Shown here piece after piece: positions 8,913-17,933 of a stretch of 64,000 bases of DNA. This stretch comes from Firmicutes bacterium UBA4795 (GTDB taxonomy: Bacteria; Bacillota; Desulfotomaculia; Desulfotomaculales; Nap2-2B). Made by a program: the position numbers and the translations under genes. The notes below the pieces were generated by a model. It saw nothing but the letters and a program-made list of their open reading frames with translations. It ran no database searches and had not been told where the DNA came from. Numbering within the stretch: the stretch's first letter is position 1; every line of letters begins with the position of its first letter. The stretch lies in the NCBI GenBank assembly GCA_002402825.1, contig DHGP01000004.1, positions 19,259 through 83,258 of the forward strand, written 5' to 3'.

Positions 8913-9362
8913 ATGGCTCAACCTTTAGAAATACAAAAAAAACAATATAAAAAGTTAGTGGATGAAATCAAGCCTCGTCCTCCACTTATCCGAAATACCC
9001 TGGGAGCTTTTATTTTTGGCGGTTTAATCGCCTTAATTGGCCAGTTTTTACTTAGTTTTTTTCAGGGACAGGGCTTATCAGTAAATGATGCCGGAACCGC
9101 TACCTCGGCTACCCTGATTTTTTTAGCGGCTTTATTTACCGGCCTAGGCATTTATGATGAAATAGCCAAGTATGGCGGCGCCGGAACTATTGTGCCTATT
9201 ACCGGTTTTGCCAATTCTATGGTTTCTCCCGCCATGGAATACCGCACCGAGGGACTTGTATTGGGAGTAGGAGCCAGACTATTTACCATTGCTGGTCCGG
9301 TACTGGTTTTTGGCATTTTTAGCGCCTGGTTAGTTGCCCTTTTATATTATTTCTTCCGTTAG
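8913..9362 (+). CDS. spoVAC: stage V sporulation protein AC
   Basis: A membrane protein with the conserved GAGTIVPITGFANSM motif. The start is set at the ATG 6 nt after AAGAGGAAGG. The track start at 8865 lies inside a terminator hairpin. Confidence 0.9.
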   Translation: MAQPLEIQKKQYKKLVDEIKPRPPLIRNTLGAFIFGGLIALIGQFLLSFFQGQGLSVNDAGTATSATLIFLAALFTGLGIYDEIAKYGGAGTIVPITGFANSMVSPAMEYRTEGLVLGVGARLFTIAGPVLVFGIFSAWLVALLYYFFR

Positions 9363-9377
9363 AAAGAGGGATAAAAA

Positions 9378-10391
9378 ATGGCGGCCCCCAAAAAAATTGG
9401 CGCCCAGACAAGATGGTTTCAAAACCCACCCGTAATTTTAGCCTGCGCCACTATTGTCGGGGAGAAAGAGGGCATGGGCCCTTTGGGCCATACCTTTGAC
9501 AAAGTTATAATGGATAGTTACTATCATGAAAAATCGTGGGAAAAAGCGGAACAACGCATGCTGCAAGAAGCAATGCAAATGGCGGTAGAAAGAGCAGGCC
9601 TTTCGTTAAAAGACATTGATTTTATGTTAGCCGGCGATTTGTTAAATCAAATTATTAGTGCCAACTACACAGCCCGCAACCTGGAGGTGCCTTTTATCGG
9701 CCTGTATGGAGCTTGCGCCACGTTGTATGAAAGTATGGCCTTAGGGGCCATGCTTATTGACGGTGGCTTTGCCGAGTATGTCCTTATAGGAGCTTCCAGT
9801 CATTATGCCACCGCTGAACGCCAGTACCGCTTTCCTGTAGAACAGGGAACCCAGCGCCCTTTATACGCCCAGTGGACAGTAACGGGCGCGGCCGGGATGG
9901 TATTGGCCCAGCAAGGTGCCGGTCCGGTTATTACCCACGCTACCATTGGGAAAGTGGTTGACTTAGGGCAGCAAGACCCGATGAATATGGGCGCCGCTAT
10001 GGCCCCGGCCGCTGCAGATACAATTATGTATCATTTTGTAGATACCGGTCGGACAATAGATTATTATGACCTGGTTATTACGGGTGATTTAGGCACTTAC
10101 GGCAAAGAACTAGCCCAAAGAATTCTAATAAATAATGGTTACGATATTACCCCTCGCTTTACTGATTGCGGGGTCTTGGTTTACGCCCCCGAACAGGATG
10201 CCCACGCTGGGGGCAGTGGTTGTGCCTGCTCGGCGGTAGTTACTTGTGGTTATTTACGGCAAGAGATGCAAAAAGGCAATTACCAGCATGTTTTGGGGGT
10301 AGGCACCGGTGCCTTGTTAAGTCCGTGCAGTTCCTTGCAGGGTGAAAATATTCCTGGTATTGCTCACGCAGTAGTAATTGAGGCCAATTAA
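9378..10391 (+). CDS. spoVAD: stage V sporulation protein AD (thiolase-like fold)
   Basis: 337 aa with GDLLNQ, GLYGACAT and SGCACSA motifs typical of SpoVAD. It sits between spoVAC and spoVAE. Confidence 0.92.
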   Translation: MAAPKKIGAQTRWFQNPPVILACATIVGEKEGMGPLGHTFDKVIMDSYYHEKSWEKAEQRMLQEAMQMAVERAGLSLKDIDFMLAGDLLNQIISANYTARNLEVPFIGLYGACATLYESMALGAMLIDGGFAEYVLIGASSHYATAERQYRFPVEQGTQRPLYAQWTVTGAAGMVLAQQGAGPVITHATIGKVVDLGQQDPMNMGAAMAPAAADTIMYHFVDTGRTIDYYDLVITGDLGTYGKELAQRILINNGYDITPRFTDCGVLVYAPEQDAHAGGSGCACSAVVTCGYLRQEMQKGNYQHVLGVGTGALLSPCSSLQGENIPGIAHAVVIEAN

Positions 10392-10415
10392 CCGGGGAAG
10401 GATGGTGGTAAAAGC

Positions 10416-10772
10416 ATGATTTTTCTAAAAGCCTTTGTAGTAGGGGGATTATTTTGCGTAGTAGCGCAGTTATTAATGGATTTGACCACTCACAAAGTAA
10501 CTCCCGCCCATATCTTAGTCGGATACGTGGTGGGAGGAGTTGTTTTAAGCGCTTTTGGTCTTTATCAACCTTTAATAGATTGGGCTGGGGCTGGGGCAAC
10601 AGTCCCTATAACCGGCTTTGGTCATCTCTTGGCCCAGGGGACAATTCAAGGGGTAGGGCAAAAAGGGATCCTGGGAGCTTTTAGCGGGGGGTTAGCTGCA
10701 GCAGCAACCGGAATTACCGCTGCGGTTATTTTTGGTTATCTGGCAGCGATATTTTTTAAACCAAAAGGATAA
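10416..10772 (+). CDS. spoVAE: stage V sporulation protein AE
   Basis: 118-aa membrane protein with GAGATVPITGFGH, paralogous to the SpoVAC motif. Confidence 0.9.
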   Translation: MIFLKAFVVGGLFCVVAQLLMDLTTHKVTPAHILVGYVVGGVVLSAFGLYQPLIDWAGAGATVPITGFGHLLAQGTIQGVGQKGILGAFSGGLAAAATGITAAVIFGYLAAIFFKPKG

Positions 10773-10837
10773 AAAATGTTTTATAACCGGCACAAAGGTA
10801 CAAATATACAAATGAAAATTAACCAGGGTAATTAAAA

Positions 10838-10870
10838 TATATATGGCCGGAAAAATTCCGGCCATATATA
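10838..10870. terminator. bidirectional terminator hairpin between the convergent spoVAE and CBM-like genes
   Basis: TATATATGGCCGG-aaaaatt-CCGGCCATATATA forms a 13-bp perfect stem, with A/T runs on both sides. Confidence 0.75.
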
Positions 10871-10887
10871 AGTCTTTATATATTGGT

Positions 10888-11202
10888 TTAAGAACGAAGG
10901 GTCCAGTTGAAACCATTATTATTGTCCCAATTATTAGCCGAATCTTTAAAGCAAAAGCTTACCGTATTATCCTGTAGGCGTATGTTTGTTTCCCAGCCGC
11001 GTGCACTCCGATCCATTTTTATGGTACTTACATTACGCCAGTATTTTGGGTCACCAAAGCCGCAATGTAAATATACCTGGTCCGCGCCTGATTTAGCTAA
11101 AAGTCCGTTGTATGCAATATTTACTTCGTTGTAACCAGCCGGCCTTGTTTCAACACCTTTTTGAAAATCTGTCCATCCTTGGATCAAAATAGCCACCTCC
11201 AT
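10888..11202 (-). CDS. stand-alone carbohydrate-binding module protein (CBM25/53 starch-binding-like)
   Basis: 104 aa. The Trp-rich pattern and the tail FCFKDSANNWDNNNGFNW match the ...F.F.d..g.WDNNgG.Ny signature of starch/glycogen-binding CBMs. Confidence 0.5.
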   Translation of the reverse strand: MEVAILIQGWTDFQKGVETRPAGYNEVNIAYNGLLAKSGADQVYLHCGFGDPKYWRNVSTIKMDRSARGWETNIRLQDNTVSFCFKDSANNWDNNNGFNWTLRS

Positions 11203-11469
11203 TTTTTTTAAATTAAGATTCCTTTTTTATCATGCCTCAGTATTTGAAAAGTATGACAAGATGTTTATGGAATAAATTCTAATTTAAACCAATAGGGACG
11301 TTAAATTTAAACCCCCTAAATTAAAACCTTAAGTAAGAAAAAAACCTCTTCCTTGTTTTTTGCTGAAAAAAATTTAAAATAAAGACTTGTTTAAACCACT
11401 CTTATTTAATAGAATTATTAAACTAAGGGTAATTATAAAACTCACTTGAAAGGAGCCGTAATTTAAGAT

Positions 11470-12825
11470 ATGGAGGAAACTAAAATCACCCTAACAGAGA
11501 AAGAAATACCTACCCACTGGTATAATATTCAGGCTGACATGCCTAACCTGCCTAAGCCCCCTTTAAATCCGGCCACCGGCCAACCAGTGGCCCCAGATGA
11601 CTTGAAACCTATATTTCCCATGGGCCTTATTATGCAAGATGTATCACTAGAGCGGTGGATTGAAATTCCGGACGAAGTACGGGAGATTTACCGTTTATGG
11701 CGTCCTGCCCCCTTGTATAGAGCCAGGCGATTGGAAAAAGAACTGGATACGCCCGCGCGCATTTTCTATAAGTATGAAGGTGTAAGCCCGGCCGGCAGCC
11801 ACAAGCTAAATACGGCCGTAGCCCAAGCATATTACAATAAAAAAGAAGGCATTAAGCGTTTGACTACCGAAACGGGAGCAGGACAGTGGGGAACGGCTCT
11901 TTCCCAGGCCTGCAACTTTTTTGACCTTGAATGTGTTGTTTATATGGTAAAGGTAAGCTACCAGCAAAAACCCTACCGGCGTTCTATTATGGAAATTTTC
12001 GGGGCTAAAGTTTTTGCCAGTCCCAGCGAAAACACCAATATTGGCCGCAAAATCCTGGCGGAAATGCCTGAAACGCCAGGTAGCTTAGGCCTTGCCATTA
12101 GTGAGGCCATTGAGGAAGCTGCGGGACGTGAAGACACTAATTATTCTTTAGGTAGTGTTTTAAACCACGTAGTTTTGCACCAGACGGTGGTCGGTCTGGA
12201 AACGAAAGAGCAAATGGCTAGAGCCGGTTATTACCCGGACGTGGTTATTGGTTGTGTGGGAGGAGGCAGTAATTTCAGTGGCTTTGCCTTTCCTTTTGCG
12301 CACGATAAAATTACCCAGGGAACAAGCGTCAGACTAGTGGCCGTAGAACCCACGGCCTGCCCCACTCTTACCCGCGGGTTACATACTTACGATTTTGGTG
12401 ATGTGGCCGGATATACTCCCCTTTTATACATGTACACCCTTGGTTCAAGTTTTATTCCTCCAGGCATACATGCGGGCGGACTGAGGTACCATGGCGATGC
12501 CCCCTTGCTCTGTCAGTTGGTGGCAGACGAAATTATTGAAGCGCGAGCCCTGCACCAAAAAGAGATTTTTCAAGGAGCAATCCTTTTTGCCCGCAGCGAA
12601 GGCATTGTTCCCGCTCCAGAGGCAGCTCACGCTATAAGGTGGGCTATTATGGAGGCCGAGCAGGCCAAACAAGAAGGCAAGGCCAAAACCATTCTTTTTA
12701 ATTTAAGCGGTCACGGGCTGCTTGACCTTTCCGCGTATGATAATTATTTATCCGGCAAGCTTATTGATTATCCGCTACCGGAAGATGAATTACAAAAAGC
12801 TCTGGCCAAGCTGCCCAGCTTGTAA
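11470..12825 (+). CDS. TrpB-like PLP-dependent enzyme (tryptophan synthase beta chain, type 2 / TrpB2)
   Basis: 451 aa, the long form. It has the PLP-lysine context [11 protein letters not shown] and [13 protein letters not shown]. No trpA lies adjacent. Confidence 0.85.
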   Translation: MEETKITLTEKEIPTHWYNIQADMPNLPKPPLNPATGQPVAPDDLKPIFPMGLIMQDVSLERWIEIPDEVREIYRLWRPAPLYRARRLEKELDTPARIFYKYEGVSPAGSHKLNTAVAQAYYNKKEGIKRLTTETGAGQWGTALSQACNFFDLECVVYMVKVSYQQKPYRRSIMEIFGAKVFASPSENTNIGRKILAEMPETPGSLGLAISEAIEEAAGREDTNYSLGSVLNHVVLHQTVVGLETKEQMARAGYYPDVVIGCVGGGSNFSGFAFPFAHDKITQGTSVRLVAVEPTACPTLTRGLHTYDFGDVAGYTPLLYMYTLGSSFIPPGIHAGGLRYHGDAPLLCQLVADEIIEARALHQKEIFQGAILFARSEGIVPAPEAAHAIRWAIMEAEQAKQEGKAKTILFNLSGHGLLDLSAYDNYLSGKLIDYPLPEDELQKALAKLPSL

Positions 12826-12958
12826 ACGAGTTTAAACCTGATAAAAATCAAGGGGACTTTAATACCCCCGCTTTAACATTTAAGAAAAAAAACTTTAACA
12901 TTTTCCTGAGGAAAGCATAACCATGAAATGCCGCTTCTTATTATAAGGAGGGATTATT

Positions 12959-14032
12959 GTGCCTTACGCCGTTATTATGGCCGGTGGCAGGGGAGAAAGG
13001 TTTTGGCCGCGGAGCAGAAGGGCAAAGCCGAAGCAATTTTTGAACCTCATTGGCGAAAAAACCATGCTGCAGTTGACCGTAGAAAGGATTGAGGACCTGG
13101 TCGGAATATCGGACACATATATCGTGGCCGGTGCGGAATTTAAAGACACTATCCTGGAACAGATCCCGCAACTATCCGAAGAAAACATCATTATCGAACC
13201 GTTTGGCCGGGATACAGCCGCGGCCGTAGGGCTAACTGCCATGGTCCTGGGACAGAAAAACCTCCGGGAGGTCATGATTGTCCTGCCGGCCGACCATTAT
13301 ATCGGCAACGTGCGTAATTTTCAAGAGGTCCTGAGAAGCGCCGTAGTTACCGCAAGCCGGGGAGATAATATCGTCACCCTGGGCATTATCCCTCACAGCC
13401 CTGAAACCGGGTACGGCTACATTCAACGTGGTGAATTGCTCGATACCTTTGCGGGAATACCGGTTTTCCGGGCTGCACGCTTCCTGGAAAAGCCGGACTA
13501 CGCCCGCGCCCTGGAGTTCCTCTCCAGCGGTGACTACCTCTGGAACAGCGGCATGTTTGTTTGGCGGATTGATGTGATCCGCGAAATGATAGAGAAGCAT
13601 ATGCTATCGCTGGCAGAGGGGCTTAAGGAGATCGAGGACAGCTTGGGCACCGGCCAGTACTCAAAAACGGTTGAAAAAGTCTATTCGAAACTGCCAAAAA
13701 TCTCAGTAGATTATGGTATCATGGAGCGAGCCGACAATATTTCCGTCATTCCATGCGACTTTGGGTGGGACGACATCGGGAACTGGACCGCCCTGGAAAG
13801 ATACGTTGAAAAGGACGAACTCGGCAATGTCCTTCACGGCCAGGGGGTCTTGCTGGATACGGCAAATACCTATATTGTCTCTAATGACAAGACCGTTGCG
13901 GTGCTGGGAGTCGAAGACCTGATCATTGTAAACGACAGCGACAGCCTGCTGATCTGCCACAAAAGCCGGGCCCAGGAGATAAAAAAGGTCGTCCAGGCTT
14001 TGGTTGATAAAGGGTTTGACGATGTTCTATGA
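12959..14032 (+). CDS. mannose-1-phosphate guanylyltransferase (nucleotidyltransferase, short form)
   Basis: The N-terminus AVIMAGGRGERFWPRSR is a G-x-G-x-R-x-W-P motif; GYGYI and WNSGMFVW follow. It starts with GTG after TAAGGAGGG. It is visibly richer in G+C, and in G/C-ending codons, than its neighbours. Confidence 0.85.
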   Translation: MPYAVIMAGGRGERFWPRSRRAKPKQFLNLIGEKTMLQLTVERIEDLVGISDTYIVAGAEFKDTILEQIPQLSEENIIIEPFGRDTAAAVGLTAMVLGQKNLREVMIVLPADHYIGNVRNFQEVLRSAVVTASRGDNIVTLGIIPHSPETGYGYIQRGELLDTFAGIPVFRAARFLEKPDYARALEFLSSGDYLWNSGMFVWRIDVIREMIEKHMLSLAEGLKEIEDSLGTGQYSKTVEKVYSKLPKISVDYGIMERADNISVIPCDFGWDDIGNWTALERYVEKDELGNVLHGQGVLLDTANTYIVSNDKTVAVLGVEDLIIVNDSDSLLICHKSRAQEIKKVVQALVDKGFDDVL

Positions 14033-14078
14033 TCTTTAAATATAAATCTGTCGGTTAGAAATTCTTGATTAAGGTGGC

Positions 14079-14453
14079 CTATTTTTTCTCTGGCGTCTGG
14101 TACATTTTTATATATGCTCCGGTCCTTTTTACTTTACTTGTGGGAGTCTGCACCCGGCCGGCAGTTAACTGGGCATTGAACTTACAGGTCAGCGCCCGGG
14201 TCACGTTCAGCCCGATCAGCCAATCGGCCTCCGCCCGGCATGCCGCCGCATCATACAGGTTGTTGTAAGCGGTTCCGGCCTTTAAACTGGTAAAGCCCTC
14301 CCGGATAGCGTCATCAGTCTGGGATGAGATCCACAGGCGCTTGAACGGTTTCTTCCAGTTGGTGAGGACCATAGTCCAGCGGGCCACCAGTTCTCCTTCG
14401 CGGCCGGCGTCGGTGGCAATGACCAGTTCTTTAAGATCTTCCCGTTCTTTTAG
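14079..14453 (-). pseudogene. DNA topoisomerase III (TopB-type, type IA) internal fragment
   Basis: The open frame reads ...[21 protein letters not shown] (the Toprim DxD region) ...[16 protein letters not shown]...[27 protein letters not shown]...TAGRVQTPT and then diverges to a stop. Only about 110 of an expected roughly 700 aa are present. There is no start codon at the true N-terminus. The frame abuts the pyrF stop codon. Confidence 0.75.
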
Positions 14454-15142
14454 CTAACCAGAGCAATTTCCTCAATAATCTTTTGGGCGGCGGCATACGG
14501 CTCTGAGGCGGCGGTAATTGGCCTTCCTACCACTAGGTAGTCTGCCCCCTTTAAAATAGCTTCTTTTGGGGTAACGGCTCTTTTATGTTTATCCAGGGAT
14601 TCTCCGGCCGGTCTTATGCCCGGGGTTACCACTAAAAGCTTTTTACCTATTGCTTCTCTAATCAGGTCAATCTCAAGGCCTGAAGCCACAACGCCGTCAC
14701 AGCCGTACGTGGCGGCTTTTTGGGCCCGGTAAAGGACCATCTCCTCTAAAGAGCAGGGGAAACCTAAATCTAAAATGTCGGTCGTATCCAAACTGGTTAG
14801 TACCGTTACCGCCAGCAACTTTAGGCCCGTGTTTCCCCGTCCCTTTACCGCTTGTTTAATAATCTGGGTATTTCCGTGAATAGTCAAAAAAGAAACCCCA
14901 AGCTTTGCGGCCAGAGCCACTACTTTTTCAACGGTTTCAGGAATGTCAAAATATTTCATATCCAAGAAAACTTTTTTACCTTGCTTTAAAAGCCAGGGAA
15001 TTATCTCTGAACCACAGCTTAACTGCAAAACAACACCGACTTTAAAAAAGTCTACCATGCCATCAAGTTTTGTTACCAGTTCTTTAGCTTTATCAACCTG
15101 GTCAACATCAAGGGCGCAAATAAGCCGCTCTCTTGGTTCCAT
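14450..15142 (-). CDS. pyrF: orotidine 5'-phosphate decarboxylase
   Basis: 230 aa with LICALDV, FKVG, the [10 protein letters not shown] catalytic Lys/Asp context, and VVGRPI. Confidence 0.93.
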   Translation of the reverse strand: MEPRERLICALDVDQVDKAKELVTKLDGMVDFFKVGVVLQLSCGSEIIPWLLKQGKKVFLDMKYFDIPETVEKVVALAAKLGVSFLTIHGNTQIIKQAVKGRGNTGLKLLAVTVLTSLDTTDILDLGFPCSLEEMVLYRAQKAATYGCDGVVASGLEIDLIREAIGKKLLVVTPGIRPAGESLDKHKRAVTPKEAILKGADYLVVGRPITAASEPYAAAQKIIEEIALVS

Positions 15143-15260
15143 ATAAAAGCTCCTTTCTTTTTGACTTTTAAATTATCTTTGTTTAAAACTTCGAAATTCT
15201 ACCCCCCAGATTACAGAAATATATCTTTTTTTTGTTGATGGTCTTTTCTCGCCGGCTGTC

Positions 15261-17432
15261 CTAAAAAATTTCTTTCTTTGCTTCTTCTTTTGTTTCTTCC
15301 TTTATTTCCTTTATTTCATTTTTTATTGCAGAAGCGTCTTTGTTACCAGGAGGCAAAATTTCTCTTCCTTCTTGTGGTATGTTTGTCTCTTGAATATCCG
15401 GAGGCATTATTATTGGTTCCGGTTGTTTTGGCTGCGGTGTGATTGTCCCAGATGATTTAGGAGGTGCAGGTGATGAAGGTTTGGTATTTGTTTCGGGAAC
15501 ACCAGGGGTATAAGGTGGTAGGGGAGGTGCTTCTGGAATCGTTTTACACCATTTTTTTTCTGATGGTTCTTTTATCCCTAAAGAGGCAAGCATTACCTGA
15601 CGCCAGATTGAAGCACAATACTTACCTCCAGAGACACCAGACATATAACGGGGAATATCACAACCCATCCAGACTACCCCAACCAGGTGAGGAGTATAAC
15701 CGCAAAACCAAATATCTTTGCTCCGGTCAGTTGTTCCAGTTTTACCAGCTACATCAAGGCCAAAAATCCGGGCCTGCGTTCCTGTACCATAACTTACTGC
15801 TGCCTTCAACATTTCGGTCATCATTTGCGCCGTTTGTGGCCTCATCACCCGGCGAGACACCGGGTTTGTTTCTTCCAGGATGGTTCCGTTATCCTGGGTA
15901 ATACGGATAATTGGCTCAGGGGCCGTATAAATACCGTCATTTGCAAAGGTAGCGTAAGCAGCCGCCATTTGCAAAGGGGTTACTCCTTTATGTAACCCCC
16001 CTAGAGCTACGCTTAGGCCTTCTCTGGTTGGTTCTATGTTGGTAAAGCCCATCTGGCGGGCAAAGGTTATGGCTTGGGTAAGCCCTACTTGATTAAGTAA
16101 TTTTACGGCGGGTATATTTATTGAGTATGCCAGTGCGTCTTTTAAGGTAACCGTTCCCCGGTACCTGCCATTATAATTCTTCGGGCAATAATCACTATAA
16201 CTAACCGGAGTGTCACTTATTATGCTCTTTGGGGTCATATTAAGATATTCTAAGGCTGGCGCATAAGCAATAATGGGTTTAAATGCCGAACCTGGTTGCC
16301 GGTAAGCCATGGTAGCGCGATTATATCCTAAATTAGTGGTATGTTCCCGGCCCCCCACCAGGGCCCTTATGGCACTGTTTTGTGGGTCAATCACTACTAC
16401 TGCTGCTTGCGGTTGTACGTTTTGTTGGTTATCATGTGTGGTAAAAGGAAAGTTCGCCTTTTTAGATACCGCTTGTTCGGCTGCTTTTTGTATATTTGGA
16501 TTTAACGTAGTATAAATCTTTAATCCGCCGTGATATAAATATTCCTCCCCATATTTATTCACGACCTGCTGTACTACGTAGTCCACAAAATATGGGTAGG
16601 GGTATGGTGATGAGAAGCTGGCAGTATTTTTCTTCAGGTTTAACGGTTTTTGTTCGGTCTGCTCTCGTTCTCGGGGGGTGATAAAACCGTGCTTTACCAT
16701 TGAATCTAAAACAGAATTACGTCGGGCTGTAGCAGCTTGAGGGTTACGGAATGGAGAATAATAACTGGGTGCTTGGGGCAACCCGGCTAGTAGCGCTGCT
16801 TCAGCAAGAGTTAAGTCATTTACCTGTTTTTTAAAGTAAGTTTCTGCGGCAGCCCCTATCCCTCTTGCACCTTCACCAAAGTAAATGTTATTTAAATAGG
16901 CCATAAAAATTTCTTCTTTGGAATAACGGCGCTCGAGCTGTAAAGCCAGGATTATCTCCTGAATTTTACGTTTTAGGGTTCGCTCAGGGGTTAAAAAAGT
17001 ATTTTTTACTACTTGTTGGGTAATGGTACTGCCGCCTTGGACTATTTTTTGCCGGCTAATATTAGCCCAGGCGGACCGTAGAATGGCCCAAAAATCAACT
17101 CCATGGTGCTGGTAAAAACGTGCATCTTCCGCCGCTAAAAACGATTCCCTTACCACCTTAGGTACATCAGCGTACTTTACTGGTAAGTAGTTTTCACTTT
17201 TTAACTCCGCAAAAGGCTTTCCGTATACGTCATAAAGTACGCTGGGCCCTTTTTTGTTTAGTGTATCTATTTTCAGGACGGGTAAATCACGCACACATAC
17301 ATAAGCAAGGCCGCTGGCTACCCCACCGGTAATAAAAAAGAGCAAAAAGAGTAAAACAACAATGATTTGTAAAATATTAAGCCGGCTTTTTTTCCGTTTT
17401 TTATTTCCCTTTTTCTCTTCATAATTAAACAT
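15261..17432 (-). CDS. class A penicillin-binding protein (PBP1A-type glycosyltransferase/transpeptidase)
   Basis: The GT51 motifs are EDARFYQHHG and GGSTITQQ. The transpeptidase motifs are SAFKP, SIN-type and KTGTT. There is a Pro/Lys/Glu-rich low-complexity tail. Confidence 0.93.
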   Translation of the reverse strand: MFNYEEKKGNKKRKKSRLNILQIIVVLLFLLFFITGGVASGLAYVCVRDLPVLKIDTLNKKGPSVLYDVYGKPFAELKSENYLPVKYADVPKVVRESFLAAEDARFYQHHGVDFWAILRSAWANISRQKIVQGGSTITQQVVKNTFLTPERTLKRKIQEIILALQLERRYSKEEIFMAYLNNIYFGEGARGIGAAAETYFKKQVNDLTLAEAALLAGLPQAPSYYSPFRNPQAATARRNSVLDSMVKHGFITPREREQTEQKPLNLKKNTASFSSPYPYPYFVDYVVQQVVNKYGEEYLYHGGLKIYTTLNPNIQKAAEQAVSKKANFPFTTHDNQQNVQPQAAVVVIDPQNSAIRALVGGREHTTNLGYNRATMAYRQPGSAFKPIIAYAPALEYLNMTPKSIISDTPVSYSDYCPKNYNGRYRGTVTLKDALAYSINIPAVKLLNQVGLTQAITFARQMGFTNIEPTREGLSVALGGLHKGVTPLQMAAAYATFANDGIYTAPEPIIRITQDNGTILEETNPVSRRVMRPQTAQMMTEMLKAAVSYGTGTQARIFGLDVAGKTGTTDRSKDIWFCGYTPHLVGVVWMGCDIPRYMSGVSGGKYCASIWRQVMLASLGIKEPSEKKWCKTIPEAPPLPPYTPGVPETNTKPSSPAPPKSSGTITPQPKQPEPIIMPPDIQETNIPQEGREILPPGNKDASAIKNEIKEIKEETKEEAKKEIF

Positions 17433-17510
17433 CAAATAAAAAATTAACCTGGCTTATGCATTATTTATTTCAACATATACCAGGTAAATGACCCTCAATC
17501 AAATTTCTTC

Positions 17511-17597
17511 TGGTGCCGAAGGCGGGAATCGAACCCGCACGGCCTTGCGGCCACCGGTTTTTGAGACCGGCGCGTCTGCCAGTTCCACCACTTCGGC
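17511..17597 (-). tRNA. tRNA-Leu (anticodon CAA), type II with a long variable arm and encoded CCA
   Basis: The minus-strand read is GCCGAAG...CCGGT-CTCAAAA-ACCGG...variable arm GGCCGCAAGGCC...GGGTTCGATTCCC...CTTCGGCACCA. The cloverleaf can be built by eye. Confidence 0.9.
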
Positions 17598-17618
17598 GCA
17601 TCTAACTTTTACTTTTTT

Positions 17619-17647
17619 AATCTATCATAGTTACAGGATAGTGTCAA
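17619..17647 (-). promoter_or_regulatory. sigma-A-type promoter for tRNA-Leu
   Basis: On the minus strand, TTGACA is followed by a 17-nt spacer and TAGATT, about 20 nt upstream of the tRNA 5' end. Confidence 0.6.
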
Positions 17648-17732
17648 TAGGGTCAGGAATATGCGATGCCGTCAATCACTTTGCGTAGAGCCCACTCTCC
17701 CATGCAATAGAGCCGTATCAACGTCTAACGTA

Positions 17733-17761
17733 TTGCGTGCTTTATTTTTTCGTGGTATAAT
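17733..17761 (+). promoter_or_regulatory. sigma-A-type promoter (extended -10) upstream of the ADP-forming acetyl-CoA synthetase gene
   Basis: TTGCGT, a 17-nt spacer, then TGgTATAAT. This would give a leader of about 165 nt. Confidence 0.4.
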
Positions 17762-17933
17762 TCTTATAAAATTGCTTAAATGATTGGTACTAGTGGAATT
17801 AGAAATTGCAAACTAAATTAGAAATAATTTTTTCTTGACTCTCAAGGGTTCTACGGCGCAAAAAATAAAGTTGAGTTTAGCGCGTCAAACTGCTAGAGTT
17901 ATTTTTTAGCTTTATAAAAGAAAGGGAAACAAG

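Noticed and set aside
11203-11469. A possible T-box or riboswitch leader upstream of trpB2. The leaders of cimA, ade and the ADP-forming acetyl-CoA synthetase were checked in the same way.
   Set aside because: I could find no T-box sequence (AGGTGGNACCGCG-like), specifier-loop architecture, purine-riboswitch motif or GEMM-like motif by eye. The regions are simply AT-rich.
17488-17688. A 66-aa plus-strand ORF
   Set aside because: It is the antisense read of the tRNA-Leu gene and its promoter, so it is not a coding sequence.
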